Source: Epiperipatus broadwayi (Eukaryota; Animalia; Onychophora). Taken from it: a stretch of 64,000 nucleotides of DNA. Below, piece after piece: positions 12,088-25,177 of the stretch. The DNA lies in assembly GCA_028023455.1 (NCBI GenBank), contig JAQFVV010000010.1, positions 13,826,001-13,890,000 of the forward strand, given 5' to 3'. The notes beneath the pieces are model-generated. The model had not been told where the DNA came from. It ran no database searches and saw only the letters and a program-made list of their open reading frames with translations. Position numbers and translations under genes: made by a program. Positions within the stretch are counted from its first letter, which is position 1. Each line of letters opens with the position of its first letter.

Positions 12088-13450
12088 CTAGATTTTGTTA
12101 GTTTGTACAATTATTGTGACAAATCCAAAAAAATATTACTTTTCGAATTTCAACATCCTGCCGCAATCTTATATTTTTTAAAAATTGTATTTGCATTTAT
12201 ACAACTAATTCTCATTTTTGTTCTTCTTGTTTAATTAAATTTCTAAATTTTTTAGATGGCTGTCAATTGTATTATTTCTGAAAAAGGTACTCATATTTTT
12301 ATTTAATTTTGTGTGTAAACAAAAAAAAAAACCTATACTCTATCTATTTGTTTCATTTATTACTTGGTATTTTAAGTGGTAGCACATTGGCCCCCTCAAG
12401 TATCTAAAAATGTCCCTTACCACAAAATGATTATTTAAATATATTTACTTATCTGTTTTGTTTATGGTTCTAACAATTTTTTGTATACAATATTTTTTTA
12501 ATCATTTTATATAGGCAATCATAATTGGATTGATGTTGCCAATCCAAGGAAGTCACACCTTTGTTGAAGTAGGATTTTATATATTTTCTTTAGCTATCCT
12601 GGATGATAATTTCAAATCTACCTTCGTAACAAAACCCACAGATTTTTTAATTTGTTTACTGATTTTTAAAATTTACCATATGTCATTAGAAATATATTTA
12701 AGCCCTAATTTAAAAAAAAAAAACCTAGTAAAATTAAATATAATTTATATAAAATCCAAAAAGAATAAAATAAAAATGTTATAAATATTTGCAAGACAAG
12801 TAATTATAATAGAGAGTCAGATATTATTTTAAAAAAAGCTCAATCTATATTTTTAAAAGATATAAATATTACTTTGATAATAAAGCTAGTAATGCTCAAG
12901 GCTAGATTGTTTTATGAAATGTAAATACATACATGAAAGCAGTTCGCACTTAAATAATATGAAGAATCTCAATCTGTTGTCAAGACAACCATGTTTATTG
13001 TCCATTACAGACTATGATTGATTTTTTTTTTTTTTTTGATTAACATATAATTATAACACATCTAAAAAAAATTAGTAAAATAAATTATAAATAGAAGTTT
13101 GATAAATAATATTTATTAAAACAAGTAATCGTAATTTTTTTTATCAATAAAGTGTGATTTAAAATCTATCCTATTATTACTGTATGCTTTACTATTAATA
13201 TATTATTTTAAAAATCTAAGAAAAATATATATAAATACTTAAAATCAAATTAATCTACTAATATAGTGCATTACATAGTAAACAAAATATATATATATTT
13301 TTGTTTTGTAAAGAGTACATTTTTTCCAACTTCCATAAAGAAAAAAAATTCTTTCAGTAGTTGTTTGAAAAGTAGAAGGTTAAAAATATCATCATTCTGA
13401 AATTTATACATGCTTTTATATATATATAGCAAAACACTGAGCTTTAGTCT

Positions 13451-13561
13451 TGCATTGGTGGTCGAGAGGTCAGCGCAACTGCCTTGCACTTGCAGGCAGT
13501 TGCCCGGGTTGCGGGTTCGCGTCCCGGCCGATGCTATGACACTTAAAAAAAAAAAAAAAAA
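13451..13561 (+). mobile_element. Short tRNA-Gly-derived SINE, copy 2 (closest to the tRNA ancestor)
   Basis: GCATTGG...CCGATGC acceptor stem, ACTGC-CTTGCAC..GCAGT anticodon arm, duplicated T-arm start, ATGACAC plus an A-tail. Imperfect TSD AAACAC(TG)AGCTTTA. Confidence 0.85.
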
Positions 13562-15838
13562 CACAGCTTTAAAATCTTTCTAAAAAGAAATATTTTGATA
13601 ACTATGAAATAAGAATTTTAAAAACATTTAGATTTAAATCAGTTTAACATTATAGAAATATTCACTTTGACAAAATTTCTGAATTTTTTTTATTTTTATT
13701 AAATAATCATTCAGCCATTTATTATATCGTTTGTATAAGATGAAATTGATGATTGAAGGGAGTTTAAAAGTCTGGGTTCAAATCTCCTCTAATTATATCT
13801 AGCTTAAGTATATATACTAGTATTTAAATATTACAGATTCAGCCTGTATTCTGCCCATTCGTCTTCTGTGTATTTAAATGTGTAGAGATGATAATCTGGA
13901 CCAATTGACGAGTGCTGGTTTAGCACAAAATACCCATATGGTGATTATTTATCTTTTCGACATGTGTGTGATCAAGTGTGTCAGCCATATGAGATAGCAT
14001 GGATAGTTGAGGGTCGTGTGAAAGTCTGAGTTCAAACCTCCTATATATTATATATTGGAGTGCAGATATGAAAAAGCCTGTACTGTAGAAAAAGAAAAAA
14101 AAAATTCATATATTAATTCTAATTATAATAATAAAAAGAAAAAATACTTATCCTTTTTGCTTAAAAAAAGTTTATTAATTAGTTGAGTAACTAAAAGTAA
14201 ATAAATTTTACATTGCATAGACCAGAATGTTCAATAATAAAAGTTAGACCATTTTTGTGTACTGTTACACAAATGGTGATCTAATGAAAGTAATCAGATT
14301 TTAGATGGAAATAATAAAAAAAGCTTAAAAAGTATTCCAGTATTTATTGCTTTAAAAAGGTTGTTAATTAAAGAAAAAATAAATTAAAATTATCAATTGA
14401 ATACAATTATATTTAATTTGTTGGTGAATATTGTTTAAAAAAAAAAAAGATTTAAATAAAATTAAGCATAACTTATTAGCAAATATTGTTTTAAAAGAAT
14501 TAATTAAAAAAATACTTCAAATTGATTACTTACATTTACTTAGTTGTAAAATCGATAACAAAATTTACACCATATTTGTATTCCGTTTTGCAAATTGTGA
14601 TGTCATACAAAAATGATCAGATATTAGATGATTAACCAATTATCTGTTGACATTTTGAAAATAAATATTCAGCAGAAAACTTTTTGCTTACTTTTGTATT
14701 ATATAAGTTATGTCATTAGATAAGGGGACATGATTTTCTTTAATCGTTAAATTTTTTCTTATAAAAATAGAAATAATAATCTGAGGATGTTTTTGTTACA
14801 TCAAGATAGTTTGCCGACTGTGTTCAGATGTTAGAAGCTGTTGTCATGGTTTTTCTGTTTTCATGTATTTTGAAAACAAACTTTTAGTTTAGAATCATAA
14901 TTTTTTTTTGCTTTTAGATGTTGTACACAATTATCAATTAATACGTATTATTCACACAGTATACGGATCCCTTGGTAGATTCTTTTTTTTTTTTTTATTA
15001 AAGCAGATGCTATAACTATATTTTTTGAGCATTTGTTTTTGCTACTTCATGGTGGCTGCTATAATTGTGCATAGACATTAGAAGCGATCATCTGTTTTTT
15101 TTCCTGCTTTTTCATGGTTTCAAAATGAAATTTTAATGTGATTTACACATTTGAGAATTAATATATTTTAAAAATATCCCCATAGAACATAAATAAATGC
15201 TATATAATTACTCTACACTTATTTTGATCTGATTTTTTTAACAATTTATACATATTAATGAGTATACTCTGGAAATTGGTAGTCTTTGTATATATTTCTG
15301 TGATACTCTCATGGCTGATTAATGTGTGATTCTAAGAAAATCATTATTAAAGTTGTGCTAATATCAGAATGATTTTATAACTTTTGATAAAATTACTATG
15401 TCAGCAAAGAAAGATAACGATTTGCATAGGAATGTGTAGGCTGTTTTCCCTTCCTGTTACGTTAGGACATAGAAAACCTCCTCATTCCAGAAGATGCAGG
15501 CTCATCACAGTCTAACTATTGGGATCAGGCTTGTAGAAACCATAACAAATTTGTATTTAAAGAATTATTTAATATTTATTCTTGTATTTTTAGGTGTAAT
15601 TAAACAGGTTACATTTTAAATTATCTTAACTCTATATTTCTTTGTATTGTACCTTTTTTTTTAAAATTATAAAATATTTATATATTCTTATAAAATGTTG
15701 TGTAGATTTATGATTGGGATTTCTATTCATGAATTTATTTTAGATTATATATGCTGCCTCATGTGTATGTAATTATCTTTTGTAATATAAAATATAACTC
15801 TGTAATGTATTAATTACATAATTACTATATGTAAAGAT

Positions 15839-15902
15839 AATTAGAAGGGATTTGAATTCAGATTTTCAAGCTTGAAAGTTTGAGTTCACATCCCTTCTAA
15901 TT
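15839..15902. repeat. 64-bp imperfect palindrome (32-bp arms, 4 mismatches, no spacer)
   Basis: AATTAGAAGGGATTTGAATTCAGATTTTCAAG|CTTGAAAGTTTGAGTTCACATCCCTTCTAATT. Related half-units occur near 13764-13794 and 14019-14048. Confidence 0.75.
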
Positions 15903-15968
15903 ACATTAAGTTCAGTATAGATAATATACTTATATTTAAATATATATATATTCTCTTACAATTTTTAG

Positions 15969-16035
15969 TATGTAGTGTCAGGATCTGATGATTTTAACAT
16001 CTATATGTGGAAGATTCCAGAAGCTGGAATTGATA
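15969..16035 (+). CDS. DCAF5: DCAF5 coding exon
   Basis: TTTTTAG acceptor, GTAAG donor. YVVSGSDDFNIYMWKIPEAGID. 67 nt, phase 0 in, phase 1 out. Confidence 0.95.
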
Positions 16036-18135
16036 GTAAGATTTTTTTTTTTTAATATACGTTTATAATATATATATATACAAGCACAAGAAAAATCTTA
16101 TATACTTATAAGTTAGTTTTAGATTTTTAATTGTTATATTTCTTTATGTATATATATTCAAGCACAAGAAAAACCTTTTAATTGCTGTATTTTTTTATGT
16201 ATATATACATAGATAATAAGTAAACATATTTTAAATAATTCACTGCAAGCCAAAGGTCTCTATCATTTTCCCAAAGAGTATTGTGAAGGAAAAGACTTTG
16301 CTCATCAGACTCGCCTACTGCTATCTTTTAAAAGTTTGAACAGATTTCCATCGTTGTTTTATCCTTTAGTTATTAGTTATTTAGCTATATCTAATTAAGG
16401 AATATTGGATGATTTGATTGGTTTGTTTATGGACTGATTAACTAAAAGAAAAATCCTAATCCTAATTGGAGTCTGATTTTTTTTACAGTTTGCAAATCAG
16501 GATTGAACTCAACTATTGCCAATAAATGTATTTAATCCATTGTGCTCTTAATTTCTTTTATATATATAGTGGTGCCACAAACTATACTGTATCTTATTAC
16601 GCAACTGCAGTTATATACTATCCAAAGAAAAGTGTAAACATTTAGACTAAAATATAAATAAATAATATTTTTAAAAAAACAATAAAATTTGCAAATTTTA
16701 TGATATTTGCCAGCCTTTTTTTTGTTCTCTGAGTGCTGTAGTTTAAAAAATAAAATGTGTAAATAAATTTTAAAATATGCCAGTAATCATTTTTAAATCT
16801 CGTAGCACCATAAATGATTATATATATTAATAAAAAATTTCATTTTATGTTTAAATCACATATATTTTATTCTTCCTTTATTATCCTCTTCAAATTTTAT
16901 GTGCAGTATTTTCTGTAATAAAATATTTTCTGAACATAATGCCAAAAGTTTTATAAAATTTTAGAACATATTTAAAGTTAATACTGATTTTAAATCATTA
17001 AGATAATTAGAGGTTGTAATTTCTTGACAAAAAGACTAAAAAAGTTATTGAAGAAAAAGAATATCGTACAGAGCATATTTAATAAGATGAAAATCAGACA
17101 TTTTGCTATTTTCTTTATTTTAAAAATAAAAATGTGGTAGTTAGTTGTTGTTTTTTATTCTTACTGCCTCAGTGAATGCATGCGTAGAGGACAATTTATC
17201 ATTAATAACTATATTATTATTATTTTTTAAAATTTTGTTTATAATTTGATTTATATATGTATATTATACATATAAAACATTGTGTTATATATATATATAT
17301 ATGTATGTGTTGCAAAGGGCTGCACTCTTGTTCAATAAACAATACATATTTTTTTCTATTCAATGTTTATCAACAAAACATGACCTATTATTATACACTG
17401 TATATGTTGTTGGGGGGGGGGGGGGGGGTAGGAATAAAATATAGCATAGTTCATGACTCCACTATATACATAGCATTTTATTGTGCATAAAATGTTCAGC
17501 ATTGTGTGTTGTACTACAATATGAATACATGTATTTGTACAAAATTGAATTTTGTAAAAAATTATTAATATATTTTTTTAAAAGTATATCTGGAAGGTGT
17601 AGTTATGTATTGATCAAATAAATAAAAATACTAAGTCATATGAATTAGAAATTTTTAAAACTGATGGAAATTGTTACAGTGGATTTCAAATAAAACATGT
17701 ATATATGTCAATTTAAAATTGCATATGTTTTCGTTAATTACGTTGATAGAAGAGATGCTGAGAATTCTGTTAAGTAACAAAGTTTGTGATTAAGATATTG
17801 TGTAAAATATATATAAAAATCGAACTATAAATCATTTTCAAATATATGTTATAAGGAGTCATGTTTACAAAAAAAAAAAATTGATGAATACTATAAATGT
17901 CATTCCTTTAGCCATTGCACTAAGATTATCATGAAATAGACAGAAGTTCTAGGTCTTGTTTATATTTATCAGCAAAATATCGATTAAATGTATTTTCTAG
18001 ATCTGAAAGTTCAATCATTCTTTTTCAAAATTCATATCTCAAAAAGTCATTAATATACTGACAGGTGTAAATGAAGTTATAATAAAAAATATAAATAAAA
18101 CTGATTTTCCTACAAAAGATTTAAAGAAAATAAAG

Positions 18136-19031
18136 GGTAGTTTTATAATAGCGTGTTGAAACCGCCTGATGGCGTTATTTCTATGCTAATGCACAGAAAC
18201 ATGACGTTTAATCTGCCGCAGAAGCTATTGTGTCAGCTTACAGCTCAGATTTGTGTTACGCATTTTTAATGTGCGATCACATTTCACCTTTGGGTACAGT
18301 ATTCTGTGAGGGGCTGGAATTCCAAATGTCAAAAGTATTTTAATATTCATTAAGACCTTCTCCCCCTCTATCTCCCATGTTTTATGAATGTCTACTAACA
18401 ATTATGAGCATAGTCTCATGCTTCCGTAGCACAGATTTCCTGCTCAAAAAATTCGGCAAGTGTAGGTGCAAGCACAATTTTGATCAAATCACGCTTAAGT
18501 CACGTTTCTGCGAGAACAACTGCGAGCTTCATAAAATAGCTGAAATAGTAAAGTTTCCAAATGTCAAAGTGTTATCAAACAAAAGAGCTTGAAGCTGCAT
18601 GCGTGCTGTTCCTGAAGAGCCCAAAAAGTTGTTTTTAATTGCCGTATATATTTGTTTTTGTAATTACCATAAAAAGTTAGTCAACCTTCGAGCTGCGTTC
18701 CGTTCTGTTAAGAATTTTAAAACCCCCCAAGTTTGACTTTTTTTGTAAATGTTACCGTTAAATGGAAATATATTTATTTGTAATTTAAAAAAAAAAAAAT
18801 TGATTTCGTAGAATACCAAACCGAAAATATAAGTAATGAAAAGAATAAAAAGTAACTACTTTTTAAAATTAATTTTGATTTATGTATTTTTTTAAAAAAA
18901 ATTGATTTGATAGTACGTTTAAATGTGATAAACAAACAACCCCACCCCCTGCCCTGGCAACATTATATTTATCTTTGTTTACAAACAAACCACGCCCTCG
19001 GGCGGTTTCAACACACTATTATAAAACTACC
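18136..19031. mobile_element. Non-autonomous DNA transposon with 40-bp GG-ended TIRs
   Basis: TIR GGTAGTTTTATAATAG(C/T)GTGTTGAAACCGCC(T/C)GA(T/G)GGCGT, 37/40 identical. Flanks AAATAAAG / AAATAAAT are a possible 8-bp TSD. No intact ORF. Confidence 0.85.
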
Positions 19032-19470
19032 AAATAAATATTAACAATAAAGTAAAATTAGCTATAATCATAGTGGAGATAAAAATTCTTAGCTGAAATA
19101 AAAATAATAATAAACAAATAATAATTAACAAATTATCAATAAATAAAAGGCATCAACAAATATTGCCAAAATAGAATTATGAGTAAACCATTACCAATAT
19201 AGAAAAAGAGAATATTGAACATATTAGTCTAAATATAAATATATGATCATGGTTATAGCAAATGTAAATTATTATCCACAATTTCTTTTTCATTAAAAAT
19301 TTAATATTATGATATCAGTTTTTATTTCTAACCTATATCTTCTAATATATTTTATATATTTTTTTTTTTTTTCTGTTTTATCTCATATAGAACAAAAAAA
19401 CATGATTCTATTAAAAGTGTTAGTCATGGTCAAAAATAAAGCTTTTGCTAAATGTATTATTTTAAGCCAA

Positions 19471-19556
19471 TAAACATCACATGATCATCATTTCTTATGC
19501 TTGTTTATAACTGTTATTAAAACAATATGTATAGAGAGTTTTGCCTGTTTTAATAA
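19471..19556. mobile_element. Miniature two-armed fragment of retrozyme family 2
   Basis: 19471-19523 matches the inverted arm at 58494-58540. 19531-19556 (AGAGAGTTTTGCCTGTTTTAATAA) matches 59031-59050 in forward orientation. Confidence 0.75.
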
Positions 19557-21024
19557 ATATATTTTTGCTAAGAATAATTTTGTAGTCCCATTATTTATTT
19601 ATTTTACTTATTTTATGTATGTAAACTTTTTTTAGATTGATTTTCGCCTTAAAATAATTAATAATTTTGTAAATATTTATAATGAAAATATTTTATAAAA
19701 AAAAGAAAAAAGATTTTTTTTTTCTTAACTAATCCACTTTTAATATATTACATTTGTTATAATTTTCAAAATTTTTAATTGTAATAAACTTCTATTTGCT
19801 TTCCAATATCTTTTTTTTTTTTTTTGCTATGCAATATTAATTGAAAGACTGAAACTTTAAATGTGTTTACAGTTGTTATTTATTGCTTTAGTTTTCTAAT
19901 TTGCACTGGTTTTACAATTAGAAATTTTGAAGAATTTAAAAACTTCCTACTAATTTCACAATTAAAAGTATGCCAATAATTGCTTGTAAAATATAATAAT
20001 TATATATGTTATGAATTTTAATGTACAATTAATTAATTAAAAAAGAGAAGCATATGAAACTTATTAAAAAGGTTTTTATCTTTAAAAATGAAAAGAATTA
20101 TTTTTGTAAAAAGTCAAATTTGTTGTTATGAAAGATTCATCTCTCTGTCTACATATTATATCAGCATTTTCTCCAATAATTTATTTATAATTAAATATGA
20201 AATCAACTTATTTAAAAGTGCTAATACAATTGTGAAACCATTAATTCAGTATTCTTATCCTTTCTCTTCCCTACCAGTGCAAATCTTTTATATCTTTAAA
20301 GCATACGTAGTTGCCAAAAATTTAAAAATATTAATAGTAAATAATTTTATTGTTCATTGTATGTACATGTATATATTTATAAAATCTAAAAAACTAAATG
20401 TAAGTTTACTGATTAGTTAGTTCTCTTGTTCTTTTCTTTTCTTCAATGGAATCTGTTTTTAAAAAATTTTTATGTTGCAAATTTCATATCAGCTGATTTA
20501 GAGATAAGTTCCCCTCCTCTCTTGTCTTTTAATGGGTTAGCTACTGAAAACTTCATTCACATTTATGCTCTGTTGAAGGTGCAATTTTCACAATAACTAA
20601 ATAATATATGACGGAAAAAATATTACTATAAAAACAATAAAATTAAGAAAATATAAAAAATAGCATAAAATTAAAAATAATAAAGAATTGAGACATTTTT
20701 AAATTTAATAATTGTAAATTTATTCACAAACTGCACATTTAAATATGTTCATTTTAAAATTAAGGCACTAAATAATAATAAAGATGAGGTATAAATATAC
20801 ATACCAGTCATTCTGAATATTTGTTTTTCTTCTGAGAATGGCAATTTTTCAGTCATCTAATACAATCTCATCTAGTTTCTCTTATATGTATTTAGGGATT
20901 TTTCTTTCCTAGTTAATTAAATATTTATTATTAATAATTTGTTTTCAAGTATTATTTTAATAATAAGAACATTTATAAAGATGGAAAAACAAAATATAAA
21001 ACTTAACTGAATTAGATCAATATA

Positions 21025-22086
21025 CACCTGGGTCTCTTTTTACGCGGACTTATTTAACATGATTTTGAAGTTACGTGATTCGTGTTTCACCGGAAGTCGA
21101 ACTCCGATATTGCGCTATTACTTTAAATAATAAATTTCGCGCACTTACGTTATATTGAAAGTAATAGCACATTATTGGAATTCGACTTTCAACTTAGTAA
21201 TTTTAATATTTTCAGTGCTTTATAATAGTAAGATTTTATGCAATAATGAAATTAAAATCATGATTTCCACATTTTATGTCTACACACATTAAATTTTACA
21301 AGATTATAATGTAAATTTGTTCATGTGCGTGTTAATTTTGCATTTTAAATCACATTCTGTTTTTGCTTTTTAAAAAAGAACGTAATCAATTATTAATCAT
21401 TTAGTGTCCACAAGTTTATTTTTAAAAGGTCAGTAATAGCAGTGGGCACAATTAAATTTGACAATTAAAAATTAAAATCTGATTTTTAATTGTAATTAAC
21501 AATTTAAAAATTACTTACGGCGACTTGAAATAATGTGATGTGAAATTTGATTTTTAAACGGAATTGAAAATTAAAGACAAAAAATAAGAATTTAATTTTT
21601 AGTTGTTAGTTTCATAAACAATTAATAAAATCATTGTCTCAAAGATTAATTACTAATTACATTGTCACCAGAAAACCATTGACACAACATGAGTGTGAAG
21701 TTGGCACTAGTTGTTTGCAAACGAACGTGTTTTTCGGCAAATAGCTATAATAATTAAAATGTGTATAAAAAAATGTAAATTACTGTACTGTAAATTATGC
21801 ATAAAAATATATTATTTTGAATAAAATTAAATATTATAGTTAAAAAAAGTTTATCTTGTATCAATTTTTTTCAAATTTGAAATTTTTTATTAGTCATATT
21901 TTATTTCCTTATTTTTTTTTTGCGCGAATTTTAAAGTAATTTTACGTTGGTGCTTTGCTTTTATGCGAATTTTGAAAAATCACAGGCTGCATCCCCCCTT
22001 TTTCAACGTAAGTTACGTCTATTTTTGCGCAATCTCGTTTGCGCGTGTTTTCTGAGGAACCTATCGCGTAAAATGAGACCCAGATG
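21025..22086. mobile_element. Non-autonomous Tc1/mariner superfamily (pogo/Tigger-like) element
   Basis: TIRs CA(C/T)CTGGGTCTC(T/A)TTTTACGCG flanked by TA on both sides (21023-24, 22087-88); 1062 bp. Confidence 0.85.
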
Positions 22087-23339
22087 TACACTCACATGAC
22101 ACACACATAAATACATATAAATATTGCATGAAAAAACAATTATTTGACTAATTTTTTTTTATAAATTAATATTAAATATAATTAATTACTGTAATGGCAA
22201 GTAATTATCTTTTTCCAAAATAATTAATTTTTATATAATGCAAAAATATAACATTTAAAATTAAACATACTTCAATAGGTCTGTCATTTTATTCCACTAA
22301 TTCTTTATACTAATAAAAATATCTGTGCAGATTTTAATTTTTTGGGAAAAAATTTTTTTAAAAAAAATACACACTTTACAAAAATTGTAAGAATAAAAAA
22401 CTATAAATTGTATTGCCATGTTTGATATCTTGTTAAAATCTATAGGAAATTATTTACAAAATGAAGTAACACACGCTCATGCATAGTAAGCACTGTTTTT
22501 CCTACACTTCTGCAAAGATCACTAATTTTAAATTCACATTGATGAAACATTGCATGCAGTAAGAATGTTAAAAAAGTTTTCAGTTGCTATGCAATACAGC
22601 AAACCAAATGTTTTTTAATAATTAAACTGCTAAAAAAGAAAAACATGGTATTCACATGTGATAGATTTACTAATTTGTGGATATTTATTTAAATATATTT
22701 TCTCATTAATTTTATTTTAAATTATATCTGTGGTCTGAGATAAGTAGTTATATTCATGGCAATCTCGTGAATGCTTTGAATTTCCTAACTTTTTACTTAT
22801 TTGTAGTATATGTAAATCCAACCTTACTAATCTCAAATTTATTTAATAATCATTCTTTGAGAGAGTGAGACCATGTTGAACCTGTTTTGAGTTATATTGG
22901 GTATTTCCATATTTAATATAATCTTGAAATAATATATGCTGTTTATGTGATACCTTAAATATCATGATGGTAAAAATTTATTCAGATGTATTCATGTTGC
23001 ATAATGCAATGCAGTATTAATGAAAAATATATACAGATTTATACAATAGAATAGTTTGCTTTAAATTATCCATAAACAATAATAATCTGAATAAATTTCA
23101 AATTTATTATACAATATTAGATCAATTTACCCCCCCCTATTGGATTTATTAACTTTTTTCTTTTTTTTTTGTTTACACATGAACATAAATAATATAATGT
23201 GTGTACATTGAAAATACATTTGAATCAAATCAAGAATAATAAATATTTGATACCCAGCTTTATGAAGAAAGCATTATATATATTTATAAATTCATAGTAT
23301 TATTTCTGGGAACTTTCGTGTAGTAAAAATATATCTAAA

Positions 23340-24053
23340 TAGCTGGTTTTTCAGTACAATAGCAAATATTTTCATCAGAGCTTCTTTCTCAAATCATAAG
23401 AATGTCTGTGATGAGATTTAAAATCATTATTTTTTTCCTTTGTTATTATCTCCTCCTACTCAAATTCTATTTGTTGATAAGTTTTAAAAAATATTTTATC
23501 ATCCAATAGCTTTTTCCAAATATTGTTAATTTTCATCAATTTACACTTCCCATTTATGCTCTTGGACTTTTTAAAAATCTCTGTAGCTTATCTTAGCAAT
23601 TTTTGATCATATTGTTCAATTTTTGCCAGAATGTGTTTTATTAAAATTGATGTCATGGTTTGTTAATGACGGATGAAATGGATTTCTCTCTAACTGCCAA
23701 AATGTGTTCTTTTTTTCTTACATTAATTTTATGATTGGTCTGTCCAATGTATGATTGCGAACTAACTCCACATGGAATTTTATATATATATTAAATCGAA
23801 GATTTTCACGGGTTGCAGATATAAATAAAATATTATCCGTGGACATCCGTGTATAATTTATTGAAAATATATATATAAACCAACATTTCAACCAGGTCAT
23901 ACTGGTCAAATATTATAAATTAATTGTCAATTTATAATATTTTTTACCTAATTGATGACCAATGTAATCTGGTCAAAACATTAGTTTATATATATTTTTT
24001 CAATAAATTATGCATGGATGTACCTGGATAATATTATATATATATACCTGCAG
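23340..24053 (-). mobile_element. Penelope-like element relic (GIY-YIG endonuclease) with inverted arm
   Basis: Minus strand ~23790-23690 translates IYKIPCGVSSQSYIGQTNHKINVRKKEH, the PLE GIY-YIG signature. 23812-23878 recurs inverted at ~23990-24053. A degenerate HHR-like remnant (CTGATGA...GTACTGAAA) lies at 23341-23382. Confidence 0.75.
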
Positions 24054-24792
24054 CTTTATTCATTTACTTTTATGTTCACTCATATCTTTATTTTTTTTCT
24101 CCATGCAAGACAAATCTGCTATGAATAATAAAAAAAAAAAAAATAATAGTATCTAATTGTATATATTTGTCAACAATTAAACATATAAATGATTATCCTG
24201 GTTATCTTAAGAAATCACTATGTGAAAATATTTAAATTATGTATTGTATTCAATTTATTCTTCTAGAATAATCCAAATATATTTTACTCATCACTAATTT
24301 CTAGAGCTGTGCTTAAATATCTACCTCCAATAAATTGCAAATAATGTGTGAGAGTTAAATACAGATTGTGAATTGAAGATATATGAGGGTATTGTCATTT
24401 AATATTAAGTATAAATATGTTTATTTCTATTGCCCATGAAGTCCTGCATTTGCCATGCAACATCTTTTATGCTTTTTTGACACTTATTTATCATGGACTT
24501 CCAAGATTCAACTTCCAGTGCTCTGTGAAATCAATTCATTGTAGCACACAAGTAAGGAAAACAAAGATAGGCATTTTATACCAACATAAATAAAAAGTCT
24601 ATGAAGCACTCATTATATCATTATGAGTGATTTCCTGTTCTTTCCATTAACAGTTATTATGAAATAATTAGAAGAATCTATACTCTAAATAATATTCTAG
24701 TTTGATCTTTAATTACAATATTCTAATTTTAATTAACTCTGATATGAATAATTATTTTCAATATTGTATTAATAAGTATACCTAAAACATTC

Positions 24793-25177
24793 ATAATGAG
24801 ATATTATTTTATATAGTGCTATGTTTTTATACTGTAATAATGATATTAGGGATTAAGCCAATGCACATATGCTTTAAAGATAAATTATAAATGAATACTC
24901 TCACTTTTCCAGACACAAGATATAATTTTTAAAAAAAGATGGAATGAATCCACCCATCCTTTCGACCCAAACATTTATGTATGGGAAAATCTTAAGCGTA
25001 TGGAAATGAAAGCGTAAAGATGTTAAGCAATCACTTTAAATTACATTTATTATGTTTGAATGAATGATACTTGCGAAATCTTTACAATTTATGATACGTC
25101 ATTCTTTAGTTGAAATTAAACATATATAATAAGATATTATTTTATATAGCGCTATGTTTTTATACTGTAATAGTGAT
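24793..25177. repeat. 52-bp direct repeat, period ~333 bp
   Basis: ATAAT(G/A)AGATATTATTTTATATAG(T/C)GCTATGTTTTTATACTGTAATA at 24793 and 25126. Confidence 0.75.

Noticed and set aside
13451-13530. Functional tRNA gene (Ala-TGC or Gly)
   Set aside because: D-stem unpaired, insertions in the anticodon and T arms, G.G mismatch in the T stem, poly(A) tail, TSD and dispersed copies all indicate a SINE.
14781-14812. CTGAGGATGT...ACATCAAGATAG HHR-like remnant
   Set aside because: The GAAA core is absent and there is no stem I.
15487-15543. HHR-like CAGAAGA-TGCAGGCT...GGCTTGTA-GAAACCAT
   Set aside because: U4 is mutated and the cleavage triplet and 3' stem I strand are missing. Possibly a truncated relic but not supportable.
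16255-16320. Minus-strand CTGATGA...GGGAAA hammerhead-like motif
   Set aside because: Stem II base mismatched and no credible stem I/III pairing; likely chance.
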